A DNA stretch of 64,000 nt from Cetorhinus maximus (Eukaryota), in contig NC_135898.1 in NCBI RefSeq assembly GCF_964194155.1, forward strand, positions 34,162,001 through 34,226,000. Direction: 5' to 3'. The notes under the pieces were generated by a model that did no database searches, was not told where the DNA came from, and saw nothing but the letters and a program-made list of their open reading frames with translations. Shown here piece by piece: positions 1-13,190 of this stretch (positions are counted from its first letter, which is position 1; each line of letters starts with the position of its first letter). The translations under genes were made by a program, and so were the position numbers.

Positions 1-185
1 CCAATGAATTATCTACCCCAGAGAGCTGTGGATAATCAGCTGTTCAGTATTTTGGGTATATAAGGAATTAAGGGATAAGGGAGAGTACAGGATGGTGGAG
101 TTGAGCCAGATGATCAGCCAGGATCTTGCTGAATGGCAAAACAAGCTCAGAGTCATATGGCCTATTTCTGATCTTATTTCTTTTG
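1..185 (+). mobile_element. CR1-type LINE 3' tail fragment
   Basis: GGAGTTGAG..GATCAGCCA.GATCTTG.TGAATGGC..GGCCTA.TTCTG motif, shared with the CR1 3' ends at 5480-5560, 58650-58735 and 63110-63170. Confidence 0.7.
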
Positions 186-700
186 TTCTTATATTCTCCC
201 CTACAGTATGAAAACATGCAGAGCATGAGTTCCCTTTTAAAGAACCCCATGTTATGAAAAGAGCAAAGCACTTTCCCATGCACTCACTGTAAGGCTGCTG
301 GAAACCAGAGTACGTACAGTAGCTAGTTGTACTCAGGAGGATACGACGAGAGACTTTGCTGGAAGAAGGGGCACAGTGACTTCGGCTACCAGGGAATAGC
401 AGACAAGTTCAAACAGTACTGTTTGGAGAGGGAATGCAGATTGCTGTACGTAATACCTTGGCTAATGGACAGCTGTTTCAAGAATATACCATAAGCAGCC
501 AAAGGGTTCAGATGAAATGACTTCTGATAAAGTCATTGGTGTTTCCAACAGCTAGCAGAGTGCAGAGTGCAGTGGAGAATACAGTCCATCAGCCATTTGC
601 TGAATCCATTTGGAAACTGGTTTCTCTCAACCTTGGAACCGTTGGGAACAATTAACTGATCAAGACTAATGTAGAAACTTGGAACAATCCATATTAACTA

Positions 701-780
701 GGGGAGGTGGTGGCGTAGTGGTAGTGTCACTCGATTAGTAACCCTGAATAATGCTCTGGGGGCCAGGGTTTGAATCCCAC
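701..780 (+). promoter_or_regulatory. tRNA-derived Pol III type-2 internal promoter at the LINE 5' end
   Basis: A-box TGGCGTAGTGG (711-721) and B-box GGTTTGAATCC (767-777, one C>T change from GGTTCGAATCC). Confidence 0.7.
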
Positions 781-3700
781 CACTGCAGGTAGTGGAATTT
801 GAATTTAACAAAACCGAATAATGCCCATGAAACCAACAACCCATCTGGTTCACTAATGTTCTTTAGGGAAAGAAATCTGCCATCCTTACCTGGCCTACAT
901 GTGACTCCAAACTCTCAACAACGTGGCTAACTTGGAAATGCCCTCAGTTGTATCAATCCACTACCAAATCTATAAGGAATGAAACCAGACAGGCCACTCG
1001 GCAATGACAACTGCAAACCCTGTCGACCTTGCAAAGTCCTCCTTATGAATATCTGGGGGCTTCTGCCACAATTGGGCGAGCTGTCCCACAGACTAGTCAA
1101 GCAACAGCCTGACATAGACACACTCACAGAGTTGTACCTTACAAATAATGTCCCAAACACCATCATCATCATCCCATCAGCAGGGCAGACCCAGCAGAGA
1201 TGGTAGCACCATGGTATACATCGTGGAGGGAGTTGCCCTGGGAGTCCTCAACATCAACTGGACGCCACAAAGTCTCATGGTATCAGATCAAACATGGGCA
1301 AGGAAACCTCCTGCTGATTACCACAGGCCACCCCCACTCAGTACAGTACTCCACCATGTTGAACACCACTTGAGGAAGCACTGAGGGTGACAAAGATGCA
1401 GAACCTATTCTGGGTGGGGGATTTCAATTTCCATCAGCAAGGGTGGCTCAGTAGCACCACTACTGACCAAGCTGGTTGAGTCCTAAAGAACATTGCTGCT
1501 AGGCTGGGTCTGCAGCAGGTGGTGAGGGACCCTACAAGAGGGAAAAACATGCTTGACCTCATCCTCACCAACCTGCCTGCCGTAGATGCATCTGTCCATG
1601 ACAGTATCGGTAGGAGCGACCATCGCACAGTCCTTGTGGAGACGAAGTCCCGTCTTCACACTGATGATACCCTCCATCGTGTTGTTGTGTGGTACTACCA
1701 CCATGCTAAATGGGATAGATTTAGAACATGTCTAGGAACTCAAGACTGAGCATCCATGAGGCACTGTGGGCTATCAGCAGCTGAACTGTAAAACACAATC
1801 TGTATCCTCAGATCCTCATGGCCCGCCATATCCCCCACTCCACCATTACCACCAAGCCAGGGAATCAATGAAGAGTACAGGAGGGCATGCCAGGAGCAGC
1901 ACCAGTCATACCTAAAAATGAGTTGTCAACCTTGTGAAGCTACAACACAGGACTGCGTGTGTGCCAAACAGCATAAGAAGCAAGCAATAGACACAGTGAT
2001 TCCACAACCAACAGATCAGGTCTAAGCTCTGAAATCCTGCCACATTCAGTTGTGAATGGTTGTGGACAATTAAACAACTCACTGGAGGAGGAGGCTCCAC
2101 AAATATCCCCATTTTCAATGATGGGGGAGTCCAACGCATCAGTGCAAAGATAAGGCTGAAGCATTTGTTACAACCTTCAGCCAGAAGTGCCGAGTAGATG
2201 ATCCATCTCAGTCTCCTCTGGAGGTCCTTAGCAAGACAGATGCCAATCTTCAGCCAATTCGATTCACTCCATGCGACATCAAGAAATGGCTGAAGGCACT
2301 GGATACTGCAAAAGCTATGGGTCCTGTCAATATTCTGGCAAAAGTACTGAAGACTTGTGCTCCAAAACTTTCTACACCCTAGCCAGGTTGTTCCAGTACA
2401 GTTACAATACTGGCATCTACCTCACAATGTGGAAAACTGCCAAGGTATCTCTCACCCACAAAAAGGACGAATCCAACCTGGCCAATTACCACCCCATCAG
2501 TCTACTCTCGATCATCAGTGAAGTAAAAGGGGTCATCAACAGTGCTATCAAGCGGCACTTGCTTAGCAATAATCTGCTCACTGATGCTCAGTTTGGTTCC
2601 GCCCGGCTCACTTGGCTCCTGACCTCACTACAGCCTTGGTTCAAACATGGATAAAAGGGCTGGACTCTAAAGGTGAGGCGAGAGTGACTGCCCTCGACAT
2701 CAAGGCAGCATTTGACAGAGTGTGGCATCAAGGAGCCCTAGCAAAACTGGAGTCAATGGGAATCATGGGGGAAAACTCTCCGCTGGTTAGAGTCATACCT
2801 AGCACAAAGGAAAATGGTTGTGGTTGCTGGAGGTCAATCTCAGTTCCAGGGCATCACTGCAGGAGTTCCTCAGGGTTGTGTCCTAGGCCCAAACATCTTC
2901 AGCTGCTCCATTAATGACCTTCGCACCATCACAAGGTCAGAAGTGGGGATGTTCGCTGATGATTGCACAATGTTCAGCACCATTCGCAACTCTTCAGGTA
3001 CTGAAGCAGTCCATGTCCAAATGCAGCAAGACCTAGACAATATCCAGGCTTGGACTGACAATTGGCAAGTAACATCAGTGCCACACAAGTGTCAGGCAAT
3101 GACCATCTCCAACAAGAGAGAATCTAACCATCGCCCTTTGACATTCAATGGCATTACCATCACTGAATCCCCCCCCAACATCAACATCTTGGGGGTTTCC
3201 ACTGACCAGAAACTGAATTGGACGAGCCATATGAATGCTGTGGCTACAAGAGCAGGTCAGAGGTTAGGAATCCTGCAGCAAAGTAACTCACATCCTGACT
3301 CCCCAAAGCCTGTCCACCATCTACAAGGCACAAGTCAGAAGTGCGATGGAATATTCTCCACTTGCCTGGATGAGTGCAGCTCCAACAACACTCAAGAACC
3401 TTGACACCATCTAGGACAAAGCAGCCCGCTTGATTGGCACCCCTTGCACAAACATTCAGTCCCTCCACCACCACGTACAGTGGCAGTAGTGGTTACAATC
3501 TACAAGACGCACTGCAGGAACTCACCAAGACTCCTCAGACAGCACCTTCCAAACCAACAACCGCTATCATCTAGAAGAACAAGGGCAGCAGATACATGGG
3601 AGCACCACCCCCTCCAAGTCACTCATCATCCTGACTTGGAACTATATCGCCATTCCTTCACTGTCACTGGGTCAAAATTCTGGAACTCCCTCCTTATTGT

Positions 3701-3826
3701 GACTGTGGGTGTACCTACACTACATGGACTGCAGCTGTTCAAGAACGCAGCTCATCACCAGCTTCTCAAGGGCAATTAATGCTGACCCAACCAGCAATGC
3801 CCACATCCCATGAATGAATAAAAAAA
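701..3826 (+). mobile_element. Near full-length decayed non-LTR retrotransposon (CR1/L2/Jockey group): tRNA-like head plus a single APE-RT ORF
   Basis: APE motifs: KVLLMNIWGL, PTRGKNMLDLILTN, SDHRTVLV. RT motifs: NYHPISLLS, ALDIKAAFDRVWHQG, GVPQGCVLGP, FADD. Multiple frameshifts and stops. The 3' end is CCCACATCCCATGAATGAATAAAAAA. Confidence 0.92.
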
Positions 3827-4729
3827 TTTAAACATCAATATTCTGTAGACATGTATACAATGGGAGCCACATGCTTGATGGATTTATATGGGATTTAATC
3901 AACTTCTTCAAATGGGTCCCAACAATTACTGAGGTTCAGATTAAAATTCCGCTTGATAACCTCGCCAGTTCAGAATTTTTTTCCCCATAAGCTATTACAT
4001 TTACACAAGGAGTTATCCCACCCACATTTCAAATGATGAACAATAGAGTTAGCAATTTCTCTGCTTAAGTGCAGACCTGACCAACTTCTATCTTTTGCTT
4101 TCTCCCTACTAGTCATCTGCAGGTTCTCCAAGACCAAAACTGCACCTGGCCCACTGTCTGTGACATCTCTGGGTTTACATGGAAGCCTGTAATTTAATCT
4201 CAAAATGTTTTCCACCATCCTCTGCTCCATGGCAACAGGAAAAACCACGCCCTATATCCAAGTCAAAATCTTTATCAGCGATCTCTAATTACCATTACTT
4301 TTCAACTGAGATACAAAGGGACAGGTTCCATCACACCTATTTACAACTTGATACCGATGACATCTTTCTAGGTTTTAGAGGCTTGGGGTCTTTTCACTGT
4401 GGGCTTAGAAACAGGTGTCATTGCCCCCAGATGCTAGCATTTGTCATCTCCCTTTCAAAACCATAATGTGACTTCCTTCCGATCTAACAGCTAAAACAGC
4501 CAGGTTTACTGCCAGTCAGATACCAGCCGAGGTCACATGGTTCCTTTCATTTAACCTACTTTGAAAGATACAGTTCTGAACCATGATAATCTTATAAACC
4601 AAAAGATATAGCCCTAGAACGTATTAATCGTATAAACTTCACTTGCATCAGAAGCTAGAAAAATTATCAGCCAATCTCGACAGTGAGAGCAGCCAACATC
4701 AAGTGATCTAGCCAGCATCAAAGAAGAGG

Positions 4730-4965
4730 GAGCAGCCAGCAGTTTCAGAAAAGGCCAATCAGCCGACAGAAATTGCTGGAAATATACAGCAAGTGAGTCA
4801 GCTGTTGAAAAAGAAAAACAAATTACCATGTTTGAGGCATTTACTCATCAACTAATTTCAATTGAAGGGTAGGTATACAGCTGAAAAAATCAAAACCTAT
4901 GATTGTTCTTCACAGTAGCTGACTAGCCTGCAATGCATGAGGCATTTTGTAGATTTCCGGACTCA
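4730..4965. mobile_element. Old head-to-head inverted pair of the Penelope-type hammerhead repeat
   Basis: A minus-strand copy (GCTGGAAATATACAGCAAG..CAGC at about 4775-4805) is followed by a plus-strand copy (TTGAAGGGT..CTGAAAA..CACAGTAGCTGACTAGCCTGC). Both are highly degenerate. Confidence 0.45.
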
Positions 4966-4968
4966 CAA

Positions 4969-5565
4969 CAGGGATGTCTTGCTGCAAATGTACAGGGCCT
5001 CAGTGAGACCACACCTGGAATATTGTGTGCAGTTTTGGTCTCCTTGTCTGAGGAAGGATGTACTTGCTATGGAGGGAGTGCAGTGAAAGTTTACCAGACT
5101 GATTCCTGGGATGGCGGGACTGACACATAAAGAGAGATTGAGTGGATTAGGATTATATTCGTTGGAGTTCAGAAGAATGAGGAGGGAGGATCTCATAGAA
5201 GCCTATAAAATTCTAACAGGACTAGACAGGGTAGATGCAGGAAGGATGTTCCCGATGGTGGGGGAGTCCAGAACCAGAGGTCACAGTCTGAGGATATGGG
5301 GTAGACCATTTAGGACTGAGATGAGGAGAAATTTCTTCACCTAGAGTGGTGAGCCTGTGGAATTTGTTACCACAGAAAGTAGTTGAGGTCAAAACATTGT
5401 ATGCTTTCAAGGAGGAGTTAGATATAGCTCTTGGGGCGAAAGGGATCAAAAGGTATGGGGAGAAAGCAGGAGCAAGCTATTGAGTTGGATGATCAGCCAT
5501 GGTCGTAATGAATGGCGGAGCAGGCTTGAAGGGCCAAATGGCCTACTCCTGCTCCTAGTTTCTAC
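4969..5565 (+). mobile_element. CR1 LINE 3' fragment (RT C-terminus and 3' UTR)
   Basis: VRPHLEYCVQFWSP, ERLSGLGLYSLEFRRMR, RTRGHSLRI, followed by the CR1 tail. Confidence 0.9.
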
Positions 5566-5640
5566 GAAAGGTCATCAACCTGAAACATTGACCATATGCT
5601 GCCTGACCACTGAGTGTTTCTAGCATTTCCGGTTTGTGCA
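5562..5640 (+). mobile_element. Degenerate Penelope-type hammerhead repeat
   Basis: GAAAGGTCATCAACCTGAAACATTGAC..ATGCTGCCTGACCACTGAG matches the family seen at 39993, 41182 and 43323. Confidence 0.55.
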
Positions 5641-5763
5641 ATTCCAAAGAGTTTTCCTTAACCATTTCTAGCATTAGCAATTTTTCTTTAAAATTTTAAT
5701 GTGAACCAATACAACTTCGAAAGTAGCTCAACAGTTTCATTGCATGCCATTTCATAATCTTAC

Positions 5764-5840
5764 CAAGATACCATGAGATCTGCAAAAGCTTCAAGTACGG
5801 TGTAAAGGGCGAAAACAATCCAGTACATCATCCAACGAAC
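5764..5840 (-). CDS. REEP3: REEP3-like coding exon 3 (VRWMMYWIVFALYTVLEAFADLMVS-W)
   Basis: Acceptor cctctttcAG, 77-nt exon, donor GTAAGA. VRWMMYWIVFALYTV matches REEP3 better than REEP1/2 (VKWMM) or REEP4. The paralog call is from memory of the family (about 0.8). Later exons are outside the window. Confidence 0.93.
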
Positions 5841-7377
5841 CTGAAAGAGGGAAATGCAGAACAAGATTGTAATAGTCAAAAATGTCAAATTGATTTAACA
5901 AAAGCAATACCTTGATCTTTTCCATGAGGTAAGCAAAAATGATTGCGTTAGCACTCATGAAACCCAAACTCTGCTTACACCTATAGTTTCATGAAGTGGT
6001 CAAACAGGTCACTTTAGATCAGCAAGGCAGAGTAAAAGCAAGTTGCTGATCCAAATTGCTGTACTTCAAAATGTCTTTGTTTGGAATGGGGACAGGGTGG
6101 AAGAAAGTGCCCATGGTACTCCACATCGTGTGCACTGCAACTCAATGGAGGTGCTGTAGGCAAGCACTTAGCAGAACCTAGAAACATTGGAAGAAAGAAG
6201 GTGGATAGAGAGGGGAAAAAAAAGAGTTGCTACCCGAGGCCCCTCATGTCTGCTTGTGTACTTTCTAGTGTCTGGTTTCAGCAGTTTCCCATCAAATGTA
6301 AGCTGCATGGCCTGAACATATGTTGGACAGAGAGAAAGCCACTAACAGTGGCAAAAAGGAATTTACCCATCCACTATGTGTGCCACATAATGGTTACCCA
6401 TGTGTGTGAATAGCATACATGTAACTCATAACACCCAGCTGCAAAATAATGTGGTGTGATAGATTTAGGGAATTAAACAACATTTCCTAGGCACACTTAT
6501 CAAATGTATTACATAAATGCATACAATCCAATATCAAGTAACAACTTAACATTCAAGTGAGCATCCTTGCGAGATGCATACAAATCTGTGAGCATGTTTA
6601 AAATACATTCCAATCCACAGCTCAATACCAAACACTTACCTGTCATTATCATGGAAATGGAGTTGCAATGCACACACTTTCCAAGATACACAAGATCATT
6701 GCTGCTATGTTCCATAATATCTTAAAATCTATCACTTAACCTTGGAATTTCAGAGTTGTTTCTTAGAAGTTGTGTGATGGCAGTCAGTTCAATCCCTCTT
6801 TGCAAATAAGGGGTTATTTTAAGCTCAAGTCAATGAAGTAAAATACATGCGTGCCACGTCGAAATTGCTACTGGGACAAGCAATGTTAGGCTTTAATTGA
6901 TGAACTTTCCATGAACTTGGCCATCTGTTTCTCTCATGCTACCGTTATAGTAATGGTATGGTTCAATACCAGAGCCTGTTTGGTGCTGGCCTTCGGTGAT
7001 GAATTGTGCTCCTAGCTCCCAGGAGCCAGCAAAGCAAGGCATATGCAGACAGTACTTGGACAGCCAGCAAAATCTCACTATTTATAGGGCTTGTTGGTCC
7101 TTCCCTTTCTCCAAGCTTGCAAAAAATACTTGCATACGTTTAAGATGGAACAAAGGTTGAACCCAAAACATTAATCCATTTATTTACAGATTTTGACAGT
7201 GCTGCTGTGTAGTTACAGCACTTGTAGATTTTGTGTTTATTTTTACAAAGGTTCCATTTACCCTTACATTACAAAGTAAAGAACAGTTCTCAGGAAGCTT
7301 TAAAATATTAATAAGAGCAGACTGCCTGGAGCTATTGTGCAGCTGGTATGAAGCTTAAATGATGTAAATTGATTTCA

Positions 7378-9170
7378 CCAGGGTCAGGGAAAAAAATCAT
7401 GGGGCCCTGGTGCTCCTCGTTCCGGGCCCCTTCCTCCCCCACAATCACGCATGGTTTTTCTCCCCTTTTAATATTCACCAATCACAGAAAGGTGCTAGCA
7501 AAATGGTAATGCCCATTGCTAGCATCTGGGTACAAATATCGTCCAATACATATGCTGCATGAGTCATTAATATTGAGCGCAGCAATGATATAATATAGCG
7601 CATTGCCGAGAGCGCGAGAAGGAAGGAAGAGCCACTGGGGACATATAATTATTTATATATAAAATGCAGAAACATCCCCACCTCAGACACCTTGGCAAAC
7701 TGGCTCTCGGTCCCCAGTCCACAGCTTTGGCTCTGCTGGCATCTTCCCCGGCCCTCCCCACTGGGACCAGAAGACAAAGGCAGTTGGGGGCCCCAGGATT
7801 GGCTCCCAGCAGCCGGCCACTGCCTCGGGCTCCCTCCCAGGGAGCCTCCGATGCGCTGTTTCGATCCCACTCCAGCTTTTCCTCTCTTGTCTCTTTCCAC
7901 ACTTGTACACTCCAGGCTCCATAATAGTTCCTGGGTGCTTGGCTTTCAATTGCAGTCAGAACCCTGGGTGGGGTTAGTACATTTATTCATTCATTCATGG
8001 GATGTTGGCATCGCTTGCTAGGCCAGCAATTATTGCCCATGAGGTGGTGTTGGCAAGCTTTACCCAACACATCTATGCCCACACTGTCCACAGTGGATTC
8101 TCACTCAACTCAAGCAGGGTGAGACATTCCTGACCAGTCTTTCAAGTCTAGAGAAATCTTGCGGCTGTATTGAGGACAACCCAGGTTCAGCCTGTGTGCG
8201 AGAACTGCACTGTAGCAGCTCAAGATACTCCCAACTTCTGATGAACTGTACACTCTCCACTCTCTATCCTTGTTCGTTGTGCTGATGAGAACATCGTGAC
8301 ATTGTACCCTTGACTAATAACAACATGCTCAAAATTGCTGGGTTACCACTCTGCCACCAGAAGTGACAAGGGGAGAGACCTCTGTCTGCCAGGTTCCCAG
8401 GCTGTTAATTACCTCCAACATCCTAGTGATGGGGTCATTTTAATATTCAGACAGAATATTGACCCAACTGTGTCAGCTAGGGAGTTGGTGACAAGGCAGG
8501 ACTTAGCAGCCTTTGAATTCTTGAGCCAAGGAACAGTATGCAGCAGGATTATTTCTCCAAAATGAAATAAGTGAAGGATAGCTACCTAATACAAATTATG
8601 TGCATAAAATTAAACTTAATTACTTACAGAATTGCAGAGCCCAGGTGTGATTCAGAGGGGAATAGCTCAATCATTTCCATTCTGGCCAGGGCTTAGGTCA
8701 CCACTATATGGTGCCTTTAATATTGGGTGCGAGGGCACATGTCTGTAGAGATGCAATAAAGACATCTTCTCTTGCTGGTAGAAAATCGAAGCAGCACCCT
8801 ACCATTCCGATGGCAAAGGGCCTTAATAGGTCAAAGCTCTCAGAAAAAGGATGCTACTTGCCAACAGGGGATCAGATACACTGTAGTCTGAAGGATTTTG
8901 ATCCCTCAGGAATTGATTGCCTCTACGTCTCCCTCTAGTGTCTCTCTCCCCTCTCTCACACCTCCCCACCCCACACCAACATGAAATGAAACCCTGGGAG
9001 CAGCAGCAACAATAACAACGAGACACGTGGATGACCAGAATGTTGCAGATCACCCTGGATCAGCTCTCGCTGCTCGGTCTGGACGACACAAAGTCCATTT
9101 ACGACAATGAGCCCAGGCCTCCCTAGCTCTCAGAGTTTTGCACCTTGTACACTCCTCTCTCCCAGGCCTT
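7378..9170 (-). mobile_element. Relic hAT DNA transposon (Tip100/ZMYM1-like transposase fragments)
   Basis: Minus strand encodes SQGYN (8315-8301; compare hAT GQxYDG) and AHRLNL (8199-8182; hAT CxxH-region motif) in the expected order. There is GC-rich GGGCCCC subterminal-like sequence at 7400-7430 and 7785-7795. No intact ORF; boundaries are approximate. Confidence 0.55.
7981..8060 (-). mobile_element. 3' tail of the 701-3826 LINE/SINE family
   Basis: Reverse complement of GGGCAATAATTGCTGGCCTAGC..CATCCCATGAATGAATGAATAAAT. Confidence 0.65.
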
Positions 9171-10079
9171 GATTCACATCTGACATGTAAACCAGCATTG
9201 AAAACATGTTAGCTTCATTTGTTGTAAAATCAAACCAACAACAATATTTTATGCTACAAATTATGTGGAAAACAGTCAAATAGGAAAGATTTTACACCAC
9301 AGTACAAATATGCAAATGATAAATGTCACTTGAGTCTGTGGCTTGACCACAATCAATTACAAATATATAAACAAATAGAATTATTACACCACTCCTTTCC
9401 ATTCAGCTGTCCCAAGCTCTCACACATACCTTACGTCAGGACTTAGCTATGGTCACTCTCCCAGTGAGGCATTCAGCACGTGGTGCAGTGTTGTTATCAA
9501 ATTGCAAATTTACACGAAGTTCTGAAGAAGTTCAAACTGTTCCCATTTAGGAAAGTATGACCTCTACACATCTCCCCCCCTGAAAATACAGACAAACAAG
9601 AATTTGCCATGTTTCAAATTGTGGGCATGAAGCTGCATCCATACCCATCTTTTGAGAAATAATTTCTAACCAAAAACTCAAACTTTGCATTGGTTGTGCA
9701 AATTGATAGTCCCTTGTTGATGGTGGAGTTTCAAGCACCAATGCATGTGCAATTAAAATTTCTGACCCCTCATTTTAGGGCACAAAATTCCTCTCAATAA
9801 AAGCAGTGCTCTACCACTGTCCAAGATGTCTCAACACAAACATGGTCCCTTCTCTATCCTTTCCCATAAAGGGAAGATACAAAGCAAGTTTGGCAGCTGA
9901 CACAGAATTAACTTAACAATCTTATTAGTCTTGCTTTCATTTCATGTAAAGTATTGGAAGAGCTAAACTTGAGAAAACAAAAAGAATAAATCAACTTATA
10001 TTTATAGCTTATTCCTCACAAGATTCCATAAACACCTATGAGGCAAGTTGCCATATAGTATATTTCTGGTGCTTTTGTT

Positions 10080-10310
10080 TGAGGGACAAGTGTTAGGCCA
10101 GGCAACTTTCCAACTCTGAATGGTGCCATAGAATACTTTACATACACTCTAGGTAGACAGAATCTTAGTTCAATGTCTCATTCAAAACAATGCAGCACTC
10201 CCTCAGTACCACATTGAAGGGCCAGGTGAGGTTCCGTGTTTAAGTCTCTGGATTGAGGTTTGAGCCCACAACCTTCTCAGAAGGAACAAAGAGTTCCTAA
10301 GGCTGAGAAT
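10080..10310 (-). mobile_element. DeuSINE-like tRNA-derived SINE
   Basis: Reverse complement similarity to 50319-50700 (GTCTCAT.CAAAA..ATGCAGCACTCCCTCAGTAC, GAGCCCACAACCTTCT). Confidence 0.65.
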
Positions 10311-11010
10311 CACTGCGGTTTCAGAAGGGGAAGCTCCTGCCTCACTAACATCTTCAGCTTCTCCACAGAAATGGCAACTCGATTAGATTGCACTAATACC
10401 CACAATGGGGTGTATTCCAATTTGCACAAGGCTTTTGATAAAGTTCCACACAAAAGACTTAATTAAATTCAGCTGTGGAAAGCAGTTACACAATATAAAT
10501 TCTGCACAAAAATCAATCGCAGTCACATAGTTGTGGGGTCTCCAGCATGATTGACAGGGAAACTACACATCATCTCCAACCCAGTTAGAGATATCTGTGC
10601 CACTATATGCAGCCACTCAAATAGGCATAGCAGCAGATGAAATTTAATGGAGATAAGTACAGTACTGCATAATAGGAAGGAAACAAGGCAACATTTATAC
10701 TCCATAAATGGCACTAAGACAGCCACAGACATCTAAATGTCTCAGTAGGTTCCATGTTACAACATGTCCAAACACTGCAAAGCAGCAATCAAGTTATTAG
10801 GATGTGGAATTACATGGCCAAAACAGTCAAATTCAGGGCAGAGGAAATAATATTCAAACTGTAAAATGTTGTTCAGGTCAAATTACATCATCAATACCAC
10901 ATCCAACTGGTCCAAGGAAACAAGGGAGACATTCAAGCGCTGGAGGCAGAGCAAAAAAAAAAAGAAAAGCCACGAGCCTGATCTTCATGTCAGGGGTTAG
11001 GAGGGGAGAC
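10310..11010 (+). mobile_element. Old CR1 RT fragments
   Basis: GFRRGSSCLTN and KAFDKVPHKRL motifs, followed by further degenerate CR1 sequence. Confidence 0.7.
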
Positions 11011-12859
11011 TGAGGTTTTTCAGCCTTGCCTCCCTCATCTGTAATTATCGTGGTCCGACTGTATGCCTTCCAGCACTTTATTCTTGGTTTCATCTTTTTC
11101 AAGGACACACAGTAGTAAAAAATTCCACACCAGGATATTTCCTGCAATGTAAATGAAGAACTTGTTTGCTTCTTTGTTCAATAATCTATGGAAAAGGCCA
11201 ATGACAGAAAGCCTGCTGTTCTGTTTTGCATAATCCACAAGTAACAATAGGTCAGCCAATACTGAATCTAGAAATTAATATGTAACTTGAATGCAGCCAT
11301 TAGTCCACTTACTTTAAACGGGGCAATATTTACATGAAAATAAATCTGGCATAGGAACACTTAGCATCTGGTAACACTGTCACCAATAACTACTGTGCTT
11401 TGGCATTGAGACGAGTAATTAATTAAACAGTATTCAAAACAGCAGTTGTGATTGCTGTAAAACTACAATTTTCATTAAAAGATTGCTGCCCAGGTCACGT
11501 TCATCTTGAGCTTTGGGCCAGGAAAGGATACGGGAGCTTGGGGATTTTGTCAGTCTCAACCATAACTCCAGAGCAAACCTCTCCTTCTGCAACAAATGAA
11601 AAAAAAATCTGCCAATTCTGAGAGTTCCTGCAGGGCTGAGGGCAGAGCTTTTATCCATCCATTCCTTGGACACCCATAGTAAAAGGAGGCAGGATGCCCC
11701 ATTACCAGGCATTCCTGCACCCTAGGCTTACAAGGATCCAGTGTAACCTCAGAAGCCAATATGTTGAGGTGTAACAAACTACAACCCCAGCACAAATGGA
11801 TTCTGTTTAGGGAATAGATGGTTTGGGGGAATGTGGATATGGGTTCCAGGGGTCTGAAGGATACTCAAAGGTGAGATAACCTTTGCTTCCTCCCTTAAAA
11901 AAAAGAACGGTAATACTTTGCTTACAAAGCTAGCCACAAAAAGCTCTATTTCGTTTCTAGCTGAGGGCCAGTCACCCCTCCTCCCAGCCACCCATGGTAC
12001 ACCTTTTCCCCACAAGGGAACTTGGATGCAGTCAGAAGGAATGGGTAGGTGGGTGGACACATCCCAGTGCTTACAGCAAGATGCATCTGTGTTTTTGGGC
12101 CCAGGATCTCAGGCATTCCTTCTGTGGAATGCAAAGGAGGAGATACTGATTTAGTTTTACAACTTAAAACTAGTCATATTCGAGACAAGAAAAACTGTTC
12201 CAGTGTTACTTCATTATCCTTGATCAGATCTTAAAGCATCTTTAATAATACATTTGGAAGATATGACAACAAGGGTTAAACATAAAAGCACCATCCTTAA
12301 TCCTCGTTTGCACATTAAGTTCCATAAATAAAAAGCGGTTACACTCAGATAAGCACAGTATACCCTCCATTACACAACTGGTGCTCACCATTTCAATATT
12401 CCAACTACATCAACGCATTGCACAAATATAATTACTCATTTCTCGATGACTGAATAGAAAATAAAAATGGTTGGGGGGGGGGAGGGGGAGAAAAGAGAGA
12501 GCACACCAGCCAACTCAACTGTGTGAGAATTCAGCCGGAGAGCAAAGCCCCTGTGGCAAAAAGTGTGTTGTGGCAGAGTGCTCATTTGCAGTGCATTTAT
12601 TCAACATACAGGTTTCAGAAACTTTCACTTTGTTTCCACTTAATAAGCTTGCCAAAAATGTTTCTAAGACACGACACAGCTGTTTTCTCAGCCCACTTAC
12701 AAGATTTCTTTCACACACACTATAATTGCTTCAGAGGGAGAAATGGAGTGATAGATTCCTGTGTTGTTCCTGTTTTGTAGGCAAACAAAGCAGCAAATCT
12801 GTACATGTATGGTCTCCTAAACATTAACTGAAATAAACCAATCGTTAATCTAAAATCCT

Positions 12860-12950
12860 CTTCATCTTCAGAGATGCTGCCTGACCTGAGTATTTCCAGC
12901 ATTTTGTTTTTTCTCATTCAGATTATCAGCAACCTCAGAATTTTGCTTTT
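12860..12950 (+). mobile_element. Penelope-type repeat tail
   Basis: AGATGCTGCCTGACCTGAGTATTTCCAGCATTTTGTTTTT. Confidence 0.6.
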
Positions 12951-12964
12951 GGGTAGCTAATCTG

Positions 12965-13190
12965 TTAATAGTGGGATAAATGCTGGCTAAGACACTGGGA
13001 GAAATCCCTGCCTTTCAGATCATGCTGAGGATCTTTTGCAGGCAAATGAGGCCTCATTTTAACATCTCATCACAAGTAAGAGTATTTTCAACAGTGCACC
13101 ATGTCCAAGTAGACAAAATGTCAAACTAGATTACAGGACTTGAATGCCTGCCTTCTGACACAAGAGCGTTAAAAATCTGAACCAAGCTGA
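12965..13190 (-). mobile_element. DeuSINE-like SINE (old)
   Basis: TTTAACATCTCATC and CCTTCTGAC..CTGAACCAAGCTGA reverse-match the SINE at 50319. Confidence 0.5.

Noticed and set aside
701-780. tRNA gene
   Set aside because: A and B boxes are present but there is no cloverleaf or terminator, and the sequence continues into a retroelement. The same applies to the heads at 26515, 27140, 37010 and 50319.
1-5763. REEP exon 4 (expected FPxYYExK...)
   Set aside because: I could not find it, so it is presumably left of the window.
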